Below, piece by piece: positions 15,299-23,351 of a DNA stretch of 32,000 nt (the first letter of the stretch is position 1; each line of letters opens with the position of its first letter). Under the pieces are notes generated by a model, which ran no database searches, was not told the origin of the DNA, and was given only the letters and a program-made list of their open reading frames with translations. The position numbers and the translations under genes were made by a program. This stretch comes from Candidatus Thorarchaeota archaeon (GTDB lineage: Archaea; Asgardarchaeota; Heimdallarchaeia; Hodarchaeales; Hodarchaeaceae): positions 66,154-98,153 of the forward strand of contig JBHLRO010000014.1 in NCBI GenBank assembly GCA_048882505.1, in the 5' to 3' direction.

Positions 15299-15683
15299 TA
15301 ATCTTACCCCATAAATGTTAGATATAAGTACAACAAGTTTGCCAAACGCGAATCAGTTCTTTGGAATGAGTAATTCAACTATTAGATTCAATATGTTTAA
15401 ATGTTTTCAAATTTAAAATGACCCTGAAAGAGGCATCCTATACAAACCGAAATAGCAATGGAAAAAGGGATCCTCGCTCCAGATGATCAGGAGAATGGCT
15501 TGATCAAGACAAGGATGACGATTTCCTTATTGTCTTATTTTGCCTCCGTAGCCGCTGAGTTTCTCGAAAAGCCCTTAACCGTTTCTAAACCGGCGGACGT
15601 GTCTGGGAAAGCCTAGTACCGGTGTTTACATGACCTCACGAATCCATTCCTGCGGATCTTTATAAGTAATAAGACGGAGATCC

Positions 15684-15732
15684 AAAAAAATAAAACGGGG
15701 ACAGAGCTGGATCTGCGATCGATCGCCAGCTC
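15684..15732 (-). terminator. Hairpin (GAGCTGG...CCAGCTC with inner GCGATCGATCGC) followed by a T-tract
   Basis: Inverted repeat at 15704-15732 beginning at the peptide stop, then TTTTATTTTTTT on the minus strand. Confidence 0.6.
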
Positions 15733-15856
15733 AGCCTGTGCGGGGGGGAATGGGGCCACCCGCAGGATTGCCCGTGCTGGTCACAACGGCCACCAGCAGG
15801 ATTAGCAACCATACGGTAATCCCCACCAACTTATAACGGTTGATATGGAATTTCAT
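15731..15856 (-). CDS. Small secreted or membrane peptide precursor (GPxPP family, copy 2; 41 aa)
   Basis: Not in the ORF track. MKFHINRYKLVGITVWLLILLVAVVTSTGNPAGGPIPPRTG; strong RBS GAGGTGA 5 nt before the ATG; terminator after the stop. Confidence 0.75.
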   Translation of the reverse strand: MKFHINRYKLVGITVWLLILLVAVVTSTGNPAGGPIPPRTG

Positions 15857-16095
15857 GGAATTCACCTCTTCGAGGGGGCTGAATACGCCCACCTGACAAA
15901 GATCACCCCCTATCGGCCTGGGCCTTTAAAAAGGTGGAAACACGGGTCTCATTTCACGTATATAAAGCGGAGTGGCGTGAATTTGCAATTCACTGGAACT
16001 CTCCCCATTGTGGCTTGGTAATTCTGATCGGAATCAAGCCCCTTTAGATAGGTGAAATGAAGACCATAGGATGTAATTCGGTATCAGAAAAGGAA

Positions 16096-16389
16096 TTAAT
16101 CGTGTGCCTTTCGAGCCTGTACTTGGACAAACCGTTTGGTCTTCTCCTGTCTCGATCGTTCCGTCATTGTAATCAACGGAAACTGGGTTTGACAGTACTC
16201 CACGATAGTCAACAGGTTTACTGCCGTAGTATAATCGACATCAGGTGCTGGTTTCTGGGCAAAATCGGGAATGAGCAGATTAAAGTTGCCCGCGTCCATT
16301 TGTTCGTGAATATAATCGTTCATTGTTTCTAAAATTTTCATAGTCGGGCGCCGCTTCGCGGATTCATCAGGCACAGCAAAAGTCTCCAC
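16096..16389 (-). CDS. Hypothetical protein
   Basis: 97-aa ORF with protein-like composition, divergent from 16544. Confidence 0.5.
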   Translation of the reverse strand: METFAVPDESAKRRPTMKILETMNDYIHEQMDAGNFNLLIPDFAQKPAPDVDYTTAVNLLTIVEYCQTQFPLITMTERSRQEKTKRFVQVQARKAHD

Positions 16390-16543
16390 AAATCGTGATC
16401 TATGAGGTTTTTCCTCACCTCCTCTTTTTGTGTGTTTTGTTACTGATGAAATTTGGCTTATGGTGAGATTAATTAGTATTTAGTAAATTATGCTATATTT
16501 TAGATAATTTTATAAATACATCCTCACAGAGTGGAGGACGAAA

Positions 16544-17005
16544 ATGACCTCGCTCCTCAGTCCCCCAGCCAGCTTGAAAGAAACGCTGTTGCGTGAATTG
16601 CACGCCGTTAAAATTCGTCGTGCTATTTACGAAGCGGCGGCCTCACCCTCACACCCTCCAGCGTCAAAACGTCGGCCCTGTTGGGGAATCCCCTCCCCCA
16701 CCCGAAAAGGGGATATTGTCCGAAGTAGGGGCGAGCAAATCATCGCGGACTTCCTGTTTAAGCATCAGATCCCATATGAATACGAACCCCAGATCGCGTT
16801 AGGGGAACAGCGGCTCCATCCCGATTTCTATCTCCTCGGTGCAGACGTGTATATCGAGTACTGGGGAGTGACAGGGGATCCCTACTACGCGAAAAAAAAG
16901 GGGCAGAAATTGGCGCTCTATCAACAGTATTCGATCGCCGTCATCTCGTTATATCAAACCGATCTCCCCTACCTCGCATTGATTTTTGACGTGGACGGGA
17001 GTTAA
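16544..17005 (+). CDS. PD-(D/E)XK-type nuclease domain protein
   Basis: VRSRGEQIIADFLF...YEYE...HPDFYL...YIEYWG...KLALY pattern; GGAGG RBS and TTTATAAA upstream. Confidence 0.8.
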   Translation: MTSLLSPPASLKETLLRELHAVKIRRAIYEAAASPSHPPASKRRPCWGIPSPTRKGDIVRSRGEQIIADFLFKHQIPYEYEPQIALGEQRLHPDFYLLGADVYIEYWGVTGDPYYAKKKGQKLALYQQYSIAVISLYQTDLPYLALIFDVDGS

Positions 17006-17324
17006 GGGAGTGGCCTCTGTTCCAACCTCCTCAACTCGAACCCTGCTCCAAGAGGCCTTACGTGGTGCCCGTCGGAGACTGACAGCGTCCAGCCAAGGCA
17101 GCTGTGTTTTGATTTCAGGGGGTTCCTCGCTTTCGTGCTTGATTTGTAAATTCCCTATCCAGGATGAAGACCCCTCGCTGAGCTGCCCCGATTGCGGTCA
17201 ACCGTTTCATCGATCCCACCTCTTGGAGTGGTTGAAGGTGAAACGCCAGTGCCCAAAGTGCCGGACGGCGCTTCGGGTGTTTGGTTTCCCTACTCCCTTC
17301 GAGTCGGTGGATGTCGTAGGATAA
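16986..17324 (+). CDS. RING-finger protein (putative E3 ligase or zinc-binding module)
   Basis: CLIC-x12-CPDC-x4-HRSH-LLEWL-x4-CPKC with the conserved RING Trp. True start may be GTG 17011. Confidence 0.8.
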   Translation: MTWTGVKGVASVPTSSTRTLLQEALRGARRRLTASSQGSCVLISGGSSLSCLICKFPIQDEDPSLSCPDCGQPFHRSHLLEWLKVKRQCPKCRTALRVFGFPTPFESVDVVG

Positions 17325-17787
17325 AAGACAGGGTTTCCCCATATATAAGGGTTCAGCAATTGGTGGGTGAATCGCATAACCCTGCATTAAATGGATGGAA
17401 CCGAGTATGACCTCCCAAGCTGAAGACTTTCAAGCCACGCTGGAACAAACCATCGATTATCTGAATTACAACGGCCCCATCAGATCAACTGCTTCAGTTG
17501 AGACGATTACGGTCAAGGACCCTGAAACCTCGATCCATTCTCCGAGAAGAGAACGCTCGCACGATTAGGACGAAATATGTTCTCCATCGGGAAGAATGGA
17601 AGGCAACGTTGCAAGACCTAGAGAAACTGGCTACCCAGCAGTAGGTACTGGCTACCCAGTGATCCCGAAAACTAGGTCACTTGGGGGAACAATTGGGCAT
17701 CATCGTCTTCAGGCCCACCTGGAAACCTCGATGGCAGAGGTCAACCAAATCCAGGAAGAAATCCTAAAAAGATCTCGGTAGTGATCA

Positions 17788-18258
17788 TTAGGAGAACTCG
17801 GGATGCCACGTCCAGACCAACCCGGTATTGAGTACCACCAGGACTTGGGCGAGGGTACAGTTCAGACACAGGGCCCCAATGAGGAACAGTTCGATCCAGA
17901 TGAGGTTGACAATCGCCACACACATCATCGCATATTGGAGAATGAGGAACAGATACCATCGCTGCAACCACACTGGATTGATGCCGAGGGCGATCGAGGG
18001 CCGCGACGAGAACCCGCCCACTATCAGGGTCTGGATCAACACACCTGTGATGCCCACCGCCCCTAGCAATGAAATCGGGATCCCAAAAAGCGTCCCATAT
18101 TCCCGAAAGGCCTGAATCAACTCAGGGGTCGTCGTCCCACATCCACAGGCCCCCGCCAAATAGTCGAGGGTCTGTACTGTGAGGATCACAATCGCCAGGA
18201 GGGAACCCGCCGCGATCAACCCGAAACGCCATCTTCCCAAAGCCGGGGACACGCCCAT
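17788..18258 (-). CDS. Vitamin K epoxide reductase (VKOR) family membrane oxidoreductase
   Basis: Four TM helices, loop cysteines (ACGC), YGTLFGIPISLLG and active-site LCLNC; AAGGAG RBS. Confidence 0.85.
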   Translation of the reverse strand: MGVSPALGRWRFGLIAAGSLLAIVILTVQTLDYLAGACGCGTTTPELIQAFREYGTLFGIPISLLGAVGITGVLIQTLIVGGFSSRPSIALGINPVWLQRWYLFLILQYAMMCVAIVNLIWIELFLIGALCLNCTLAQVLVVLNTGLVWTWHPEFS

Positions 18259-18264
18259 CTCTCC

Positions 18265-18393
18265 TTACGATGTCAAGGCCTCGTCTTCCTCTTCCAGCTT
18301 CTCCTTTAAATGGGTGACGCAATAGTATTGGCGCTTGTAGCTGGCATACATGGGTTTCTCGCAGCGTGAGCAGAGCTTCGGAGCGTCTTCCAC
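18265..18393 (-). CDS. Small zinc-finger protein (42 aa)
   Basis: Not in the ORF track. (M)EDAPKLCSRCEKPMYASYKRQYYCVTHLKEKLEEEDEALTS has CxxC...CxxH and fits between two co-oriented genes. Confidence 0.65.
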   Translation of the reverse strand: MEDAPKLCSRCEKPMYASYKRQYYCVTHLKEKLEEEDEALTS

Positions 18394-18427
18394 GTGTACA
18401 CCCAATTTATGATTGGTGCAGAGTCCT

Positions 18428-19237
18428 TTATGTAAGATCCCCTGGGAACCGTCGGCCCCTTCCCAACGCCGCCCGCCCGATTTGGAGCCGGAGCTGGTGG
18501 GGATCCTCGCCTAATCGGGCCGCCAGTACTTGGTAATGCACTGCTGGGTGGTGAGGGAGGGGAAGCCGCTTATCCATCTCATACCTATGGATCACGCGCC
18601 ACAAGCCGGAATTAGAAGTCTCGAACATCTTTGTCAGCAGGATCGTGGGGAAAGTCGGATAGAGTTCCATCAACGCCCATAGCCGAACTCCGCCGAAGGC
18701 CCACCGTTCGGACTCGTAGCCATGGAGGGTCATGGGGCGATAGTTGAGGCGGAACGCCGCTTTTTCTAACATGTCCACGAGGACAGGGTCGTCCCGATCC
18801 ACATACATCCCCTTCACATAACGGATGAACACCACTCGCCAGTCCTTGGTGGTCAACGGGGTGTACCCCATCACCCTGAGCTGTTGATAGACGGAATTGT
18901 ACTTCCGCTGGAGGATTTGGGCCAGTTCGACTACCAAGAACTTGTCATGGTTCGCGTGCAGGAATTTCTTCTCCTTGTCTGTCCAGCGTTGCCGCGTATA
19001 CTGCCATTGCCAGTAGTCCCCGAATTCGTCCTTGACATACCCAATGCAATAGTCCCGTTGAATCCCCAATTGGATCGCTTTTCTCCGTACTGCCCCAGGG
19101 GACATATTCACATGGGCCGCAACGGCAGAATACGACATATGTGCCACGTTGTCCTCTAAATAGCGGACTTTGGTGGGTGTCCACTTCCGTTTGCGTTTGG
19201 GTCGTTTCGGTCGAGTTTTCTGCATTAGTTCCGCCAT
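18428..19237 (-). CDS. Myb/SANT-like repeat protein (2 repeats)
   Basis: WTPTKVRYLEDN...VRRKAIQLGI and WTDKEKKFLHAN...ELAQILQRKYNSV. ATG 19237 is preferred over the ORF-track start 19324. Confidence 0.75.
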   Translation of the reverse strand: MAELMQKTRPKRPKRKRKWTPTKVRYLEDNVAHMSYSAVAAHVNMSPGAVRRKAIQLGIQRDYCIGYVKDEFGDYWQWQYTRQRWTDKEKKFLHANHDKFLVVELAQILQRKYNSVYQQLRVMGYTPLTTKDWRVVFIRYVKGMYVDRDDPVLVDMLEKAAFRLNYRPMTLHGYESERWAFGGVRLWALMELYPTFPTILLTKMFETSNSGLWRVIHRYEMDKRLPLPHHPAVHYQVLAARLGEDPHQLRLQIGRAALGRGRRFPGDLT

Positions 19238-19281
19238 CCTGCCACGCTCTGTAGCACTTCGATGTCGATATGGCCCACGAC

Positions 19282-19291
19282 CTTTATATAA
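19282..19291. promoter_or_regulatory. Possible bidirectional TATA box CTTTATATAA
   Basis: The only AT-rich element between divergent genes starting at 19237 (-) and 19302/19314 (+). Confidence 0.55.
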
Positions 19292-19301
19292 TCGGAAACG
19301 A

Positions 19302-19910
19302 ATGGAGAGCAAAATGACACCCACCCCCTTTTCTGAGGAGCTCGAAAGAATCCTGGCTCATGCTTGGTGTCACCATGTCCGCCGTGATTATCGACTAAAC
19401 AGGTTGTGGGGCGGTGAACGGGCATTACAAGTATCCTTGGGAATGGGATTAAGGCAATGGTTAGATCCCTACCCCGAGATTCGGGTGTGGTTCGAAGCCA
19501 CTCATCCGTATCGTAAGCAGGGCAAAGATTCCACAAAGATCGTGGATCTCATCATTGTACGGTTATCCCCAGAACATGCCAAACAGGGAGACCATGTGTA
19601 TGATGAAATGGCGGATATCCAGTATGATGACTTACTGATCTGTGAATTAAAGTACAGTAGTTCGAAAACAAGGTCAATTGATACCGACCTCGCTTTTCTG
19701 GAACAATCCCAAGTACAAACATCCGATGTGGTTCAAGTATTTGGGTGGATTCCCTATACCGACGAGAAAACGCGCGCCCAAGAGAAAATCGATCTGATTG
19801 TGGCGAAGACCGCTGCTTTCCCGTTAAGGTTCATGCTGGGGAGACCAACCAGTCCGTTTCGATGGTCATATTATGGCAATGGAGAAGAGATGTATTTCTC
19901 CCAAGACTAG
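19302..19910 (+). CDS. PD-(D/E)XK restriction-endonuclease-like protein
   Basis: GGERALQ helix, IVDLIIV, ICELKY and IDTDL motifs. Start at 19302 or 19314. Confidence 0.7.
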   Translation: MESKMTPTPFSEELERILAHAWCHHVRRDYRLNRLWGGERALQVSLGMGLRQWLDPYPEIRVWFEATHPYRKQGKDSTKIVDLIIVRLSPEHAKQGDHVYDEMADIQYDDLLICELKYSSSKTRSIDTDLAFLEQSQVQTSDVVQVFGWIPYTDEKTRAQEKIDLIVAKTAAFPLRFMLGRPTSPFRWSYYGNGEEMYFSQD

Positions 19911-19963
19911 TCCGTAGCCATCCCATGTGGCTTGATCAGAATGGACAGACTGTTTAGTACTGT

Positions 19964-21010
19964 TTACATTCTCTTGAATCTATATCTATGACGCCAAGTA
20001 TAAGCGAGTAGCAGTAAAGCACCAAGAAGGGGGAAAACGATAAGACTCGTTGATTCACTCACCACTAGTCTTGAGTTCTCGATCGAATAGTCGATTAGCC
20101 GTTCAATATGCGCAGACTGCTTGACACTAGCGACGATTTCTCTTTTTAACGCAGAAGTTGAAATACTCAAATTCCTAGTGATTTCGATGGGTAATCCAAT
20201 TTCGTTGGCATAAACATAGACATTGCTTCCCGTGTTTGCTCCTTCCCCAACCAAGGATTCTTTTCGATATTCATACCAATAAACATCCCCGTTCACATCT
20301 TGAAAATGGACGTAAAAATCAATTTGTCGCAGGGTTTCTGTAATGGTAACTGCTGTGACATTGGAACCTTGCCAGAATGTCGAATACGGATCGCTGGGAA
20401 CGATCAGAAATGTTATCGTGATATGAAATTCAATGGATTGATTTAGCGGTTCTTGAACCTGAAAGCCATATTTGTTGTTCCAGAATGTCAGGATTTCGTT
20501 TTGTGGTTCCCCAGTCACAATCGCGAGATTCTGACTCCCCCGCGTGCCTATATTACCGTTATTGACCCAAATGGCTCCTGAGATATTTTGTTCTAAACTT
20601 TTATTACCAAAAAGAACAGTAATGGTAGCTTCCCCATCCAAACCATGCCAATAGTTTCCTCTCGTTGAGAAATATTCTTGGAAATCATGTATTTGAATAC
20701 CTATCGCGAAAGGTCCTGAAATCTGCGATCCTGGATCTTCTGTCGAACCATTCTCAAAATAGTAGGAACTATCCTGCCAGGAAAAAAACGGGAGTTGGGG
20801 ATTGGTGACATTACTTAGGATCAGATTGACCTCTTTATCAAATCTATTAACAATAGTTCGATCGACCGTATAATTAACGAATCCGCTAGGAATCTCATAT
20901 ACCCAACTGTCACCTTCATGGATTCGTACTAATTTCGTGATGTCTTGGCTCGCTCCAGGAGTGATAACGATAAGAGATACCAATAGTAATAGAAAGGGTG
21001 CTTTTTTCAT
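19964..21010 (-). CDS. Secreted surface protein with a C-terminal membrane anchor
   Basis: MKK plus hydrophobic signal peptide, beta-rich body with many N-x-S/T sequons, C-terminal TM helix and basic tail. Confidence 0.8.
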   Translation of the reverse strand: MKKAPFLLLLVSLIVITPGASQDITKLVRIHEGDSWVYEIPSGFVNYTVDRTIVNRFDKEVNLILSNVTNPQLPFFSWQDSSYYFENGSTEDPGSQISGPFAIGIQIHDFQEYFSTRGNYWHGLDGEATITVLFGNKSLEQNISGAIWVNNGNIGTRGSQNLAIVTGEPQNEILTFWNNKYGFQVQEPLNQSIEFHITITFLIVPSDPYSTFWQGSNVTAVTITETLRQIDFYVHFQDVNGDVYWYEYRKESLVGEGANTGSNVYVYANEIGLPIEITRNLSISTSALKREIVASVKQSAHIERLIDYSIENSRLVVSESTSLIVFPLLGALLLLAYTWRHRYRFKRM

Positions 21011-21225
21011 TTTCTCACCTCATGTCTCTTTGATTAGATGTGCTTTAAGTTATATCTGGGAAACATCAGTAAATGTAACTGCCTCATATAGCAAATAATT
21101 CCACTTTATCCATAAAATCGTTGAGCTTTCCATTCATCACTTCATTGTATTAAAGATATGCAGTAAAAGCACTGCATACACAGCTCGTTCAACCTTCATA
21201 TACCCATATTCACAAACTCGATCAG

Positions 21226-21249
21226 AAAAAAAGAGGTGGGGTGCCCCAC
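21226..21249 (-). terminator. GC hairpin GTGGG-GCAC-CCCAC followed by T7
   Basis: Read directly on the minus strand at the end of a GC-rich intergenic tract. Confidence 0.5.
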
Positions 21250-21565
21250 GTTCCCGTGCCCTACCCGCACGATGCCCCCAAAGTGTCTGGGTAGGGGAAA
21301 ACCGGGGGCGGAGTACTTTCCGCGCGGATCGTCCACCACTCGGGTGCGTGCCCAAACAGGTGAGTAGTGTATGATACTGGGAAAGTCACGGTGACCCCGT
21401 CATCCATCCCTACCTTCGGGCCCTATATTAGCTCACAGGCCCAACTTTTTGGTTAATATTTGATAATGGTTTTGGAATTATTGGTGCAATGAGAGGTTAA
21501 TTACCGTAATACATGCAAAGAATTAGATTTATTAGATTGAAAAGAATAGAAAAGTATAGTGGCAA

Positions 21566-23335
21566 ATGAGGCTGGAGGCAACCGTATTGCGAGTTGCAAT
21601 AGTAATAGGAGTTAATAAATACATAATCCAAGGTTATCGATCTTTAATTTCCCCAATTTACGATGCAGAAATATTTCACACTTTAATAAGTGCCTCTTCC
21701 TCTTATGAGTCTAAGGATACATTGTTGATCAAAGTTTCAAGCAAAAATTTCCAACGATTTGGTGTGAATTCTGTTAAAAATAGAATAAAAAAGTTTTTAT
21801 CCAGGTATGAGGGAGTAAAGGTAGACGAATTGTTGTTTTATTATAGTGGACACGGTATCCGAATGGACACTGGTGCGAGGGGGGAGGATTTTCATTATGT
21901 GTTTACAGATGGAGAACTTAGTGATATTGCTTTGAATGAAATCCTCAACCCAGTAAAGCGAACCCGAGCAGTGAAATTCATCGATGCCTGTCATTCGGGC
22001 TTACCTATGGAACGTGCTAATCAAATAGTTCTTTCTTCTTGTTCCGATTCTCAACAGACAAGGGAAGGCATAACTATTCTTAGTGATTTCACTTTTGCTT
22101 TGATAAAGGTCATGTTTACTAAAAGAAATTTAGGAACTAGGCTATCCTATAACTCGTTATTCAATCAGGTTGGTGAGTTCTTGAGAACGCGTAGAGAGTA
22201 TATCTCTGACCTACCTACAGCGAATTATAGTACGGCTGCAACAGGGAACTTTATCACGGTTACGCAAACTGTAATTGATGCTGTGCACAATAAGATCTTC
22301 AATATTTACCAAATCCGACCAGACACGATAAGCAGAATAATAAATGCCTTATATGTACGCAATGATCTTCCCAAATTAACACATTTTTTGCTGGAATGCT
22401 ATGAGCATTTTTCGAACTTCTTTTTGAAAATTCTGGAGTTACCTCTGGGTGCACAACCAATCAGTCAGGATAATGGAAGACGATTTAGGGGATTATCGAA
22501 ATCTTTAATCAAGAAAATTCGTCTTTTGGTTACCCGTATAGTAGAGATCTATAGGAGTGATGCTATCTCCTTACAGGAGAATTCCTTTCCAAATCCAAAT
22601 TTACTATACGAAAATATGTTGTTTTGTGCATATTTTTATTATTTCATCCATGATTGGGAGGGGGCAAGGAAAATCTATTCCATATTGATCAACAACAAAC
22701 CAGAATGGGATGATTCAATCATAATCCCCGAATCCCGTTTGCATCTCCAGTATGGGAATACATTGCTAAAAATATCGATGATCAAAGGAAATTATGACAT
22801 GATTGATGAAATCGTCAGTCATCTAGATCGTAGCCGTGATTTGACTAGGAAAAAACGTGAGAAAGTCGCTGCATGGTATAACACTGCTCTCGCTCTCCGG
22901 TTTAATGGAGAGCTTGAGGATGCCATTGAGGCAATTGACGAAGCAGAGAAATTATATCGGCAACTAATGAACAAAGGCGAGGAAGTAGAGACATTTGAAA
23001 ACACTCTAAACGAATCAATTTTGTGTAGACTCTCATTGTTTTGGAGAAACACCAGAGAAGGATCCGCCGTGGTAGAAAAGGATCTGGAAGAGATAAAAAC
23101 CAAAATAAATGATTTTGGATCCTATCCCGACGAAATTGGATGGGCTAACTACTACCTTGCAATATTTCGCTTCATATACTCTAAAGCTAAAGGTATTAGC
23201 CAAAACTATAGAGAAGAGATTTTGGATTTCTTATCCAAGGCCACGCGATCTGGAATGGACGTAGAAGAAGAACTTAGAAAAGAGCAAACCTTTCCTGAAA
23301 TAGCTAAGGATTTAGAAGTAATTCTAAAAGAATAA
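21566..23335 (+). CDS. Caspase-family (peptidase C14) protease with C-terminal TPR-like repeats
   Basis: AIVIGVNKY, L..P..DA, FYYSGHG (catalytic His) and FIDACHSG (catalytic Cys); AWYNTALAL...LEDAIEAIDEAEKL and ANYYLA helical repeats. Confidence 0.9.
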   Translation: MRLEATVLRVAIVIGVNKYIIQGYRSLISPIYDAEIFHTLISASSSYESKDTLLIKVSSKNFQRFGVNSVKNRIKKFLSRYEGVKVDELLFYYSGHGIRMDTGARGEDFHYVFTDGELSDIALNEILNPVKRTRAVKFIDACHSGLPMERANQIVLSSCSDSQQTREGITILSDFTFALIKVMFTKRNLGTRLSYNSLFNQVGEFLRTRREYISDLPTANYSTAATGNFITVTQTVIDAVHNKIFNIYQIRPDTISRIINALYVRNDLPKLTHFLLECYEHFSNFFLKILELPLGAQPISQDNGRRFRGLSKSLIKKIRLLVTRIVEIYRSDAISLQENSFPNPNLLYENMLFCAYFYYFIHDWEGARKIYSILINNKPEWDDSIIIPESRLHLQYGNTLLKISMIKGNYDMIDEIVSHLDRSRDLTRKKREKVAAWYNTALALRFNGELEDAIEAIDEAEKLYRQLMNKGEEVETFENTLNESILCRLSLFWRNTREGSAVVEKDLEEIKTKINDFGSYPDEIGWANYYLAIFRFIYSKAKGISQNYREEILDFLSKATRSGMDVEEELRKEQTFPEIAKDLEVILKE

Positions 23336-23351
23336 TGTATTCAATGATGGG

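Noticed and set aside
15460-15620. 52-aa ORF, or a transposase scar, at the edge of the AT-rich island
   Set aside because: No recognisable motif, terminal inverted repeats or RBS.
19170-19301. ORF-track N-terminal extensions of the genes at 19170-19910 and 18428-19324
   Set aside because: They overlap each other head-to-head and cover the shared TATA box; internal ATGs fit better.
21250-21420. SRP RNA, RNase P RNA or tRNA
   Set aside because: Diagnostic conserved motifs and cloverleaf are not found.
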